64,000 nucleotides of DNA, taken from positions 496,001 to 560,000 of the forward strand of contig JAQGDQ010000034.1 in assembly GCA_030141605.1 (NCBI GenBank), in the 5' to 3' direction. Below, piece by piece: positions 26,608-38,053 of the stretch; the first letter of the stretch is position 1, and every line of letters starts with the position of its first letter. The position numbers and the translations under genes were made by a program. The stretch comes from Tubiluchus corallicola (taxonomy: Eukaryota; Animalia; Priapulida). The notes under the pieces are model-generated. The model saw only the letters and a program-made list of their open reading frames with translations. It was not told where the DNA came from and did no database searches.

Positions 26608-27693
26608 ATGGAAGATACTGCTGGCCTTTCACAAGCATTACCCTCCTCTGGTTCTAGCGGGACTAGCGTTGATACTGCTAGTAATGCCTTGCAAGATGAT
26701 CAACCTGATATTAGCGGTAGAGACAGCAATACCGGTGCAGTTCCGAAACCTGCAGTCGGTGATGGAGTCATTAGGGAAAACCTTGTTTCCACTGCAGTAA
26801 AGTTTCTGCAAAACCCAAAAGTGAGCTCAAGTCCCCTCAGTCAAAAGAAACAATTTCTGATTCAGAAAGGTTTATCATCAGCTGAGGTGGAAGCAGCTAT
26901 ACAGCAAGCTGGTGTAACAGAAGTGGCATCTAATCAACCGCAAAATGTTAATTACTATCACCATCCCGTTCCTGCTAACTATGTCCAGCCTCTGGAACAG
27001 CCAGCTGCCGTGGTTCCATACCAGCCAATAAGACGATGGTACGATTACTTTCTCTTCACGTTCTTCATCGCAGGTGCTTCTTATATCGTTTATAGAGCCG
27101 TTACGCAGTACGTTATTCCCTTCATACGGAGCAGGTCGGTTGAACAACAAGAGAAGCTAGAGAGCATTGAAAAAAGAATTGCTAAGTTAGACGGTGACAT
27201 GTCTGACATGGTCGCACAGCTAAAAGAAGCTTTAAGTAGCATGCAGGCTATGATGGCTTCACAGCAAGAACAATTGCAGATTTTGTGTCGGTCATCTACT
27301 AGTCAAGTTTCTGCCATGGACATCACCCGCGACCAGCAACTAAACGACGTCAAGCAAGAAATAACTTCCCTAAAGGGAATTCTCTTGAGCCGCAAACAGT
27401 TTGCTTCAGTTCCGTCTCCGTCGCCGATTCCCAGTTGGCAAATTCCGTCATCAGGTAGCAGCACTGGTAAACAAGTAGACAGCAGTAATGCACTGGTTAA
27501 TGGAGAAAGTGTTGACAGTGTGACAAAAAGTGAAACGGTGCCAGAGAATAAAGAAATGGAAGATTGTGCAAACACCTCGCCAAGCAAAGATGATCGTAAA
27601 AAGACTACTTCAAATACCTGTGACTCTGTTGTTGATAGCAACAGTGATGCTGAAGACCAGAGAAATGACTTGTCAACTCCAGTTACTGAGTAA
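26608..27693 (+). CDS. PEX14: Peroxisomal membrane protein PEX14, single-exon CDS
   Basis: 361 aa. It has the Pex14 N-terminal domain IRENLVSTAVKFLQNPKV...KKQFLIQKGLSSAEVEAA, a hydrophobic segment after RWYDY, a coiled coil, KQEITSLKGILLSRKQF, the IPSWQ motif and an acidic tail. Confidence 0.95.
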   Translation: MEDTAGLSQALPSSGSSGTSVDTASNALQDDQPDISGRDSNTGAVPKPAVGDGVIRENLVSTAVKFLQNPKVSSSPLSQKKQFLIQKGLSSAEVEAAIQQAGVTEVASNQPQNVNYYHHPVPANYVQPLEQPAAVVPYQPIRRWYDYFLFTFFIAGASYIVYRAVTQYVIPFIRSRSVEQQEKLESIEKRIAKLDGDMSDMVAQLKEALSSMQAMMASQQEQLQILCRSSTSQVSAMDITRDQQLNDVKQEITSLKGILLSRKQFASVPSPSPIPSWQIPSSGSSTGKQVDSSNALVNGESVDSVTKSETVPENKEMEDCANTSPSKDDRKKTTSNTCDSVVDSNSDAEDQRNDLSTPVTE

Positions 27694-29212
27694 CTAGTTT
27701 TCCGTGGAATTTACCGTTCAAACTTTTAGTTTTTTGTTGTAATACTGAAGCAATTCTTGTTCAAATCTGATTTTTTAATGGTACTAAAAATACAACACAT
27801 CAAAAAACTCTGCGATTCTTTGAAAAACAGGTAGAATTAACATTATTGTTTGAATCAAATTTTTTGTTTGGATCAAATTTAGGCTAAAGATGTATGTATC
27901 AGTTCTTTTAGCTGTACTTAATTTAACGTGAATAATTGATAAAAATACTTTCAATTGAAAAATATTTTATGGGCAAACCTGATGGCAAACCAGTCTACTT
28001 AGATGATTTGATTACACTATAAAGAAGCAAAATATTGTGTCCATAGGTCTTCTAAGTTGTGTTTAATTTTTTTGTTGACAACAGTGCCTGACATGCTAAC
28101 TAATAATGACAGAACATATTGTTAGTTTTACTTGTTGATCTATAACTTTTGAATGGGTTGAAATTTGAAGTAAAAGTGACTCTCTTATGACTCTCATAGT
28201 CTGACAAAAATGTGCCCTTAAGTCTCAAAAGAAATTTTACTTTTACAAAAATGTTTACGCCAAAAACTTTTTTCAGTTATGATACTTGAACATCGTAAAC
28301 ATTATGAACATTAAGGCAGGGAAAACTATATCCACCATTGTCGTGAAAAAAAAGCAAAATCTGTAGTTGAACTGTTATGTCCTGTTTAATTTCATGCCTT
28401 TTGGTAGTTTCCCCTGCTTTAAATGCTCATTTGTTTTTAATTTATAGCCGATGAAGCCCATTTGGGAAAGAATTCCTGTACAAATAAAACCTGTTTTGTG
28501 ACTTAGGTAGCTTAATTTTATGTTTCTTGCATAACTCCTGTTTAATCCTGTTTTTAATACTGTATCAGTTGAAAAGTGATAATACTTAATTTTTCGTGCT
28601 AATTGTAGCCACTTGTTCTGAAAGCATTCTGATAATCTTTCCAACCATGATGCTGTGTTCTGTATTTTGCAGTTTTCTATTTGATAATAAATTGGATTAA
28701 TTTCGAGTCATTTTTTCTGGAGTATGCTTGTGATTTGTAAAACAATTATGTAGTCGTGCTTTGGTTATCGTTTAGCAAATTGCAGTTTTTACATAACTAG
28801 CGCTCAAGGCTCATACATTTTTCACTCTGCAGAGAGAGTAGTTAATCGTATGTATTGTAAGTTTTGCTATCTGTGTTCATCGTAATCGTGATTTACAGCT
28901 AAAACAGTTTGGTTAAAATCTGTGCTTCACAGCTTGGCGTATTTGTATTTGTGTTTCGTGAAATGTAGTAGAACAGAGATAATAACTGTAGGATTACCAC
29001 AACAGTAAAGCTTATTTACATCAATTCTTTACATTAAGTTGAAGCGTTGACTTTTTCATCGCATAATGTTTTGTTTGCCGTAAAAGTAGGTGATAAAGCA
29101 GTTCTGCAGGCCTGCTACTTTCTGCTATTTCTAAACAAATTTAGAAAAGAAAAAGTTAACAGAACACGTAGCCTTCTGCTGGCTTATTTTGCATGTTATT
29201 ATTGGGTATGTA

Positions 29213-29717
29213 CAGGGTGTCTATAAAGTCTCTTTACAATTTTAAAAATTTATTACAAAGGCAATTGACAAGATATCTTAACAGATTTGTTTTGTTTTAT
29301 TCAGTGTTTATTTAAGTTTGAGATCACATTGAAATTTTGCGTTTTATGTAGGTCTCCTGTCGGTAGAAGGGCATTGTTAACTGAAACCCCCAAAATGTGT
29401 ACCCCTCAAAAGGAGGCACAGTGTGTATCATAGTTTATTGAGACAAAATCGTATGTGCAGACTCAGGGAAACTACAGAACTAAGTATGGAAGAGATCCAT
29501 GGGGTAATGTGAAAGACATCGTGTAACGAACAAAGTAAATCGAGTACCATCTTGATGTGCTTCGTGCAACTAATGGTGCCCATATAGAGGTGTATTAAAT
29601 GGGTTAAAAAAACTTTGACAATCACTGATTACATTCGAACAGATCTAGTTAACAAATCTTGTCAACTGCCGTTGTAATAAATTTTTAAAACTGTAAATAG
29701 ACTTTATAGACACCCTG
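29213..29717 (+). mobile_element. Internally deleted Tc1/mariner-superfamily element
   Basis: About 60-70-bp TIRs cagggtgtctataaagtct...tttatagacaccctg with a TA TSD. The interior keeps a transposase N-terminus (MCTPQKEAQCVS*FIETKSYVQTQGNYRTKYGRDP) joined to C-terminal pieces (WGNVKDIV*, IEYHLDVLRATNGAHIEVY*). Confidence 0.88.
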
Positions 29718-30265
29718 TATATTATACGTGTTAATTATGTACAAGTGTAAAATTTATTTATTAAATCATTAGTGCACCTGTTTATTTACTAACTGTAGCT
29801 ACAGAACTTACAGAAGATGTACCTTAGTCATCATAGATCTTTAAGAATTTTTTCAGTACTTATACTAACATTGTGGCAATATCTTTATAACAGACATGTA
29901 CGTGTGACGTATGCACTAGTATGCAGGCTCAAATATAATGTGTGTAAACTTGTCTTGCAAGCAGCACAGTAATTATTAATAATTAGCTGCGTGCGTTTCC
30001 TGAGCCCTGCTAAGTTGTTGCCGTGGTGTTGCGGGATTCAGCATTTTATTGATTCATATACAAAGCCCGTATCATCAATCGTGTTTATTGTATGTTTAGC
30101 AAGTCTCTTTCGTGCACGCTAGACTAGGAGCCTCCGTTCAATATAAATGTGTCAATCTCATCGTTGCAATGAAGCTGTAACTGATGTGAAAATTGTTACT
30201 CTTCTTTTCAGATGTGGCTGAATTCTCTTTTAACACGTGTTCGGTGATTGTGTTAAAAGTTTATC

Positions 30266-30382
30266 ATGTCTTCCCCGGATCTTGTAGCAGTCTGGGAAGT
30301 TATGCTAGCCGACGGTGTTCATCAGGTGGAGTTTGAGCATGGAACTACGTCTGGTAAACGTGTTGTAAGAGTGGACGGCAAG
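30266..30382 (+). CDS. FAIM: Fas apoptotic inhibitory molecule, coding exon 1 of 4
   Basis: Encodes MSSPDLVAVWEVMLADGVHQVEFEHGTTSGKRVVRVDGK, with donor AAG|GTGAGA and an upstream UTR acceptor cttcttttcag at 30211. Model: join(30266-30382,31503-31725,33563-33612,34726-34875) = 179 aa. Confidence 0.93.
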
Positions 30383-31139
30383 GTGAGAGCATGTCAAATT
30401 GCTTTTGTGGCGGTATTACCTCAGCTGTTTTATAGAAATCTGTACATGCTTGGATTAAGAAATGAATTAATTGTTTTGTCATTTTTTACTGTTAACTTAT
30501 TTTTGAACTGCATTTTGGCTGTTTAGTCACTTTAGTACAGATACCATCAGATCAGAATGAAAAAACACGATCAAGGGAACGTTCTTTCTGAAAGTAGTGT
30601 GTTATTAATAAACCTGTTGTAATTATACCATTGTTTTTGTTGTAATTATGGATACACAACGCCATTCATCAAATTGCAAAACAGTGCTTTGATTTTAACT
30701 TATAATACATATAATATTTGGGCTATGGTAAGATAAGAATTAAACGATGCACATAGTTATACATATAAATTGCTACATTTTGTTGCATTTTGGTAGCCAG
30801 CCTGATAATCATTAAATTGAAAAAGCAATTTAAGATATGACAGTAAATATTATAACACCTGAAGAGTTATGAATGTTCCGTATTCAAAGAGCTAGCTTTT
30901 GTACATTGCCAACTGTAATCCATTGCTCAGCTGCTGCATTTATAGATTTATAGTAATACTGTAATAAATAAAGTATGTACTTATAAAGTGCTCTTTCAAA
31001 AAATGTTTTTAGAGATGCTGCTTTTGAATAAAAGTTTAAAAACATATAATATCTATAAATCGAAGAAAATCAACAAAAAATTTGTCACTTAGACCTTAAA
31101 ATACTACTTAAAAAGATGTGTCTTTAGTTTCCTTTTAAA

Positions 31140-31260
31140 AGGATTTGCATTTGCGCAAGCTCTACTTTCAATTGGTAGCTTATTCCAACACTTTGGAGTG
31201 AGTGCTTAAAAATCCTAAATCAGCAACGACTTTCTTTTTACTAAAATCTATTTATACGTG
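31140..31260 (+). repeat. Interspersed repeat shared with 63250-63365
   Basis: tttcaattggtagct..ttccaac..ttt.ggagt..tgcttaaaaatcctaaatcagca is present at both sites. Confidence 0.7.
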
Positions 31261-31502
31261 GATAACTGTGGTGGGACTGGAGCTTATGTACTTTTCAAAG
31301 ATACTTTTGCCTTAGATAATCGTTTAAGATGAGGCACTGGCCCAGCATAGGTGTCTTGAATGTGTATACATCTTTCGGGAAACAAAGTGAACAGTTTTTG
31401 GCAATGTGTCAGATGCAACTGCATAGAAAGAGCATTGAATCCAATAGTCATCCACCCGTTCACTGACCGGGTGAAGTAATTATAACTTTTTGTAATTTTC
31501 AG

Positions 31503-31725
31503 GAAATATTTCGTAAAGAGTGGATGTTCAAACTTGTCGGCAAACAGCCGTTTAATATAGGAAATGCAAAATGCTGCATCAGCATCGATGCCGTTGCCGG
31601 TTTCGCTTACGAGTACTCACTGAATGTTAATGGCAAAAGTCTTAAGAGGTTTTCCGAGAATCAATCTAAGATCATGAAGGCTTGGATCCTGGAAAACGAT
31701 GGCGAGCCGACAAGGATCGTATTAG
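31503..31725 (+). CDS. FAIM: FAIM exon 2
   Basis: Acceptor aattttcag. Encodes EIFRKEWMFKLVGKQPFNIG...YEYSLNVNGKSLKRF...RIVL and ends at a GC donor AG|GCAAGT. Confidence 0.93.
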
Positions 31726-32329
31726 GCAAGTGGAATTTTCATTGTTGCAAGTCTGATAGATTGAGACTTTTGATTCATTTACTTCATTCAGTTGTAGAAA
31801 ATTATCCATTTTTTTAACGTTCCCACTACTATTTTTACAAGCTATTACGTTAACTTATCTGTTTAGTTCTGATTTTGCGTGCAACAGCTGACAGAACAGG
31901 TCTAGTTCGTAATCTTTACTGTGTCAAATACGATTATCCAATCTTTTCTGTATGTATTTTTATTGAACTGTCAGGATCTCTCAGTTATTGTCCTCCTAAA
32001 GCTACCAGTCGTAGCCTGATTTCCACACAATCTTCTTCCTTGGTATGTTTTATTTTTATTTTTGCTTACTGATTTCAAGTTTCTGTGTAATACTCATTAT
32101 AGCTGCTTCTATAAGTGCAACACCTGTCACACATGATATTCTCATATCTGATAAGCAACTTTGCTTGAGTGCTTTATTATAATAGAGTCTCTATAGAATT
32201 TTGTTTAATGTTATCATACAAACATCATACAATGTAATTGCTTACACATTCGTAAAATGATTTTCTAACTTTTTTTTCACATTAAAATTAGGGCAAAGTG
32301 TGCAACCATGCTTTACCCTTAATTCCACA

Positions 32330-33060
32330 AGTGAGGCTTTCATAAAATATGACATATTTGGTATAATGAGTCATTCGGAATTTTGTTAATTCTGCTCAAA
32401 AATCCCAATTTATGACTTTCAAAATAATGGTGCTGGCATCGTATCGTAATAGAACGTAAGAAGTTTTACACTTTGGATTTTTCAAAGACAAATATTTTTC
32501 TGTATGCACAGTGTCAGCTTACTTACGTCTTCTGTTGCCAATAATTTCACACCGGTACAACAAAATGGGAAGACAGTACGAATCAGTTAGTGTTGGGTTG
32601 CGCTTAGGTTTGATTGCCAACCTAATATTATTTAAAGATGTGAAATATTTATGTTTCAATCTTATAATATCAACTGCTAGGTCTTCAGTAGTTTTTATAT
32701 GGCATCCCAAATATTTTACACTATTTTCTACTTCAGTGTCATACCACGAAACAAAATGCTGTCACGTCCCGGAGAGCTTTTGAACAATGACAACATCATC
32801 TTCTTTGGATTAAACGTGACAGTCCAATGCTTACTAACTTTACTCTATGTTTCACGAATCTTTAATATTTATTTAAGATGCCTATAATAATCGAGTATAC
32901 GTCATCTGCATACAATACAGAGCCTATAAATGTTTTCCGTACACAACACTCCCATATCATATTTTTGTAATTGTTTTATAAGATCATCAATGTATATGCA
33001 GTAGAGAACTGGGGACAGTACTCCTCCTTGCCTTACTCCAGATTTAATGAAGAATTCATT
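32330..33060 (-). mobile_element. Degenerate LINE reverse-transcriptase fragment in FAIM intron 2
   Basis: The minus strand encodes RT motifs GVRQGGVLSP (about 33010-33040) and VLYADDV (about 32897-32918), followed by a KYLGC-like motif and SYCLPILLY. Confidence 0.8.
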
Positions 33061-33562
33061 GTATTAGGATAGTGTCACACACAAAAAATACATTAATATA
33101 ACATTAACATTCAGCTAATGCAGAGCCAATTTTTCTCCATTGGTATAGCGACTTGTCTCCTCTTGCACAAACATCAATATACAGTGATATTACTTTGCTA
33201 ATGGTGAACGTTTGTTGCTATGGAAAGGTTGCTATAGACTACGTTCTGAGGAACTCTTTTCATTGCTCATAGCGTTAATTTTGTTTCTGTTTGTCATACA
33301 TTGACCCAAATTTCCGTTTTTTTCTTGTGCTTCTTAGCTGTGGAATTCTTTGTCAGAGAATTGTTTCCTTGCGTTAACTACACGATACCTGTTATCGCTA
33401 GCAAATATTTGCAACAATTCTGTTTTTGTCTTATTTTCAATTTTTCATCTTTAGTTTGCATGTTTAGGTGACCACTGCCTTGTTTGATATGATTTGCATT
33501 GCGCATTTAGTTTTTCTATACATATACATAAGCTCACAGATACATAACTTTTTATTTTTCAG

Positions 33563-33612
33563 AAAAAGATACGCTTAACGTGTGGTGTAATGGACAAGTA
33601 CTGGAAAGTGCG
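33563..33612 (+). CDS. FAIM: FAIM exon 3
   Basis: Acceptor tttatttttcag and donor gtaaat. Encodes (E)KDTLNVWCNGQVLESA. Confidence 0.92.
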
Positions 33613-34725
33613 GTAAATTTAATTTAAACAATAATTTTCTATATTGCACATACTTACCTTAATACATGTTGAGGTGCATGTGCTGCTGAAAATGGTTGAC
33701 CAACTAGTGCAAAATGATTTACTGTAGTAGTGCGCAACTTCTGTCACAATTACGCGGAAGTAAATTACGTGGTGTGTAAAATTATCAGGTTGCCTAAAAT
33801 ATGCACCGGAACTTTGATTGTAGAAGAAAATAAAGAAATATTTTGAAAACTACCTCAATGATATTGCGTACTCTTATGTATAAACAACAAAATTTTAGAT
33901 CATTCCGTTAATTTTTTCCAAACTTAGAGAAGTCTTAACTCAACATGTCAAGAAATAAATGCCGTGAAAAATTTCATAGTGACTATTGTTAAAATTTACA
34001 GTAAGTGTTGTACGTGTGCTGCATTATTTTCAATTCAAACTAAACGAAAGTGTTTCCTCAAACAGCTTGTACAATTTCTTAGTTCTTTTAAAGGGAATTT
34101 AGTGAAAGCATACAACAGTTTTTGCATTTAATTCCTCTGCGTCAAACAGCTCTGGATGACTTTTCTTTTTAAGGAAATATACGGATACCATAATGCAGAC
34201 ATTAAGTCCCATTGTTTCTTCACAAAAAATCTTGGTCAGTGCTCAGTGTGGTAAAAACCATGACGTAAACTGGTTGATTTCTTTATTGCTTTGGGCACTT
34301 TATATATCAGCTTGGCTGTTTTGAATTGATTATTACTGACATTGTTCTGGCATTAAATTTCAATTTTTTAACATGCAAAACCTTTTTGGCCATAACTTAC
34401 GAACCACTAAAGCACAAACATTGATATTTGTTACTTTGTAAAGCAGTTGAAACATTGATATTTTCTTATTAAAATTTAACATAATTGTGATTTTTATTTC
34501 AGGGTTGAATTTAGTATGCTCTATATAGTAGGATATGACTATACTTGAGATAATCAATTATGAAGGCCTACCAGTCATATTTACACCTGAATCACATTTA
34601 ATTGTGTATTTTTTAGGCTTGATATACTTTAATTATATATTTCTGTAGTTACTAGTTGAAGATACTAGTGTTTATTCTGGATTTATAGGTACATTTTGTC
34701 TATTATTTTAGTAATATTTTCCTAG

Positions 34726-34875
34726 GGAGAGTTTGTAGACGATGGCACTGAAACTCATTTTAAAATTGGCGAGAAGGATGCATACATCAAGGCAGTGAGC
34801 AGTGGCAAGAAGCGAGAAGGAATCGTACATTCTCTAATCGTGGAAGGACAAGAAATACCGCTAGCTACTGAATAA
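34726..34875 (+). CDS. FAIM: FAIM last coding exon
   Basis: Acceptor ttttcctag. Encodes GEFVDDGTETHFKIGEKDAYIKAVSSGKKREGIVHSLIVEGQEIPLATE*. Confidence 0.93.
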   Translation, partial: GEFVDDGTETHFKIGEKDAYIKAVSSGKKREGIVHSLIVEGQEIPLATE

Positions 34876-34982
34876 TGTCGATGAACGTGTAAGATAATTA
34901 TTTGTGCACTAAGAAATTCCACAAGATATTGATTAATGCTGTAAAAACTGGGACCACTGGTATCACAAGCAATAATGAACAC

Positions 34983-35260
34983 TAGGGCTTGGCATTCTTT
35001 ACCAGAAAGCTAACTCGAATCGAATTTGTGACTTTCGAACTCTGTTGGAAAGAATTTTAGCAAGTTTTTGAACCACCAATAAAAAGCGATCTTACAGACA
35101 GAAATTATGCATGTTACTCGATTTTGTTCTGCAGTAGAACCGCTAATAATTTATTTAAAAGTTGAAGACAGCAATCACAGCTAAATTGCACTAATTGCAT
35201 GAAGTTTCAAACGTTTTAATGATAAGGAACGAATTTGGTTAAAGTACTGAATTATTTGAA
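34983..35260 (+). mobile_element. MITE-family copy (homologous to 17455-17822), just 3' of the FAIM stop codon
   Basis: Begins tagggcttggcattc and is similar to the reverse complement of 17540-17822. Confidence 0.55.
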
Positions 35261-35939
35261 CGAAGGGTTCCAAGAGTCACTAAACCAAATCCACTATCTA
35301 TCGAATAGTGTCAATGAACCTGAAAATTGACTGAGCAAAAAACACAGCCACGAGCTACTGAATTCTATATTAGTATACACTAAAACTATTGGCTCTGAGT
35401 CAGTACCCTAGCTGCCGAATAATGCTGAGGGAACAGTACTACAGTTACTGAAAAATCACTGTCAGCAGAATAATGGCCGTAATTACTAAATGTTGTTTTA
35501 AAAGATGTCACCAACCGGTAAATTAATTGGCCTAGGAATTGTAAGCAAAAGCGTTAACTACTGTGTAACACGTAAGCATTGAAAACCAGTAATTTCAGGC
35601 AAATTCTGGTCGGTTGGCATGACTGCTGAATAGTCAGCATGCAGCTGTTTTTGTGTGATAAAATTGTGATGTTTCATTGAACTGGTCTTTCTGTCGTTCA
35701 GTCGGCATTGAAGTTTAGCCAACATGGAATTTGAGTGTCTAATAGCACCATAAATTCCTTGCTGTACTCAAATCTGTTCTTTTTATCTCATATAGTCACT
35801 TCTTTATACCCTAAACTCACTTCTAGGGATATGAACGATAGCAATATGCATCGATAATTTTAGTATCAGTGATCATTGATTATCATGTCAAAACGAAAAC
35901 CTTTTTTTCATAATTATCATATTGATATTATTCCAGGAA

Positions 35940-36217
35940 TTTATAGTTAAAAACAGCACAACATTATTAAAATGTTTTGACTAGCTGCTGCTTTCATCAT
36001 CAGCGGTAAATTTACAAACACACAACCAGTTTATATAGGCAGAGCCTATTATGCATTAATTAAGTAGTTACCAGAAGCCAAATAAGTAATAAATAATAGC
36101 TGTATGTTTGTAAATTTACCACTGATGATGACAGCAGTAGCTAGTCGAAACATTTGGCACGATTTTAACTTTGTAATCTAAAAGTTTTTAATAAAGTTGT
36201 GTTGTTTTTAACTATAA
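35940..36217. repeat. Long imperfect inverted repeat (foldback), arms ~90-115 bp
   Basis: tttatagttaaaaacagcacaac...gactagctgctgct.tcatcatcagcggtaaatttacaaaca pairs with tgtttgtaaatttaccactgatgatgacagcagtagctagtc...gttgtgttgtttttaactataaa. Confidence 0.8.
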
Positions 36218-37540
36218 ATATTCTAGGGATATTGCTATCATGTCGAGTTTGGTAGGTATCACTTTACAAGATCACTTCATTTTGCTTTTTTATTTGTGCA
36301 ATGTAAGTTGTAAAAAATTAAAAAAAATATTTCTTCGTAGGGTTGTTAGAATAATTTTCTTGTACTTTCTTTCTTCAATAGCGGCTGTCTTCATTCAGTT
36401 TGGTGACATGCTAATGCCAAGTGCTGTACCTTTAGAAGCATTTTCCCAGTAACGTGCAAGTAGTGCAGCTAACATAAATAAATATATTATGATGTAATAC
36501 TCCTATATTTTTATCTGTCGCAGCTCATATATAAAGAATATTTTATGACTAAAAATCAGTTTACGACTAAACAAAGAAGAGAACTTAAAACTTACAGAAG
36601 AGATGTCGTAGATTATCTGTATGTATACATTAATCGAGAAACAGCTTGCAAAAATGCGACACTGTAATATGTTCGTACGCCTTGCAGAATAACTAACTAG
36701 ACCTTCACTATCGTTTTTCGTTCAATATAATTTATTGTATCGTAACGTCTCAAAAGCAGATTGTCGATATTGTATAATTGGAAAAAATGTTGTATCATAT
36801 CGTTATCCTACAAAATACTTCATTGTATCGTGTTGTATCACTTGAAAAGCAGGTTATCGATATCGTATTTTTTGGAAAAAACATCGAATCATATTGTTAT
36901 CGTGTTGCAGAATTTGTGTCGATTAACATCCTTACTAACTTCTCTTCATATGTAGTTCTACTAGTCTGTGTATTTAAGTGTACTGTAAGCGGTATGCCAT
37001 TTGTCAGCTATTAGTGATCTCTGCGAATTACAGTATTATGTGGCTGTCATTGTATAAAATTTTTCGAATGTAAAAATTTTAGAACATGAACCACACCAAC
37101 TCCGGCTCACAAAAAATGTTTTCCTGTAACATGCCACTGTTCTTTCAGCAAATTGATTTGTTCACAGCTAAAGAGTGTTGCTTATTTTTATTTTTAACAT
37201 TATGTTCTTACTAAAATAGTAGTTTAGCGTGAATAACTCGTATAACAATTCCACTTTTGTCCAGTACTATCCGTCCGACTGCTGTTTTTGTGATGTTGAT
37301 TGTTTTCATTATTTTTGGAGAGTAATCTTATATTATATTACATATTTCTTCTCGTAAAAAAATCTATTTTCTTAATGCATAATTTGTGATGCAAGTATTT
37401 TTCAGTAGTGCAGCATAGCACTAAGGCATTTCGGTGTTCATTGTACAATCCTACGAGTGATTTAATAATATGTATTTACAATTGGGCCGAAACTAAACTA
37501 TGCCCATGCGTTTCCTACATGGTAGTAATTTGTTAACCTT

Positions 37541-38053
37541 CAGTGGCAGCTGGTGTACAGGCACTGTGGAACTGCAGCACCCCCAATTTTCACTCGATAT
37601 TATCGATAACATTCAGTATAACGAGTCTTTCTACTTAATTCTTTCCCTATACTTTTAAATCCTCGTATGACTGTTGTGCGCATGTGGCCATGCGCACATG
37701 TTCGAGATAAGCTGCATGCTAGGTAGAAAGAGCACTGCTGCTCACGCACTGCCGACCCTATTGTGCAAGTAGTGTTTCTCTTACACTCAGCGTGTGCTGT
37801 GCTTAAAAACCATATACCATATCCTTGAATGTGATAGTGTGGAATTAGATCATTATCACACGTCCAGCTGTTCTATTTAATTCGCAGTTTTTTCGGTTCT
37901 TATTTTGCAGAAAATTTAAATAATTTAATCATGGTGACCTTGTATCCCCTCACAATATTGTGTAATATTTGTTTTACATAGTATTAAAACAATGGTAAAA
38001 AATTTCTGAAGCAAGCACCCCCACTAATCTTAGCTAGTGGGTAAATGCCATTA
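37541..38053. mobile_element. Possible old hAT-like MITE
   Basis: Ends cagtggc ... gccatta, internal gcaccccca repeats, and flanks ttaacctt / gcaacctt as a degenerate 8-bp TSD. Confidence 0.35.
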
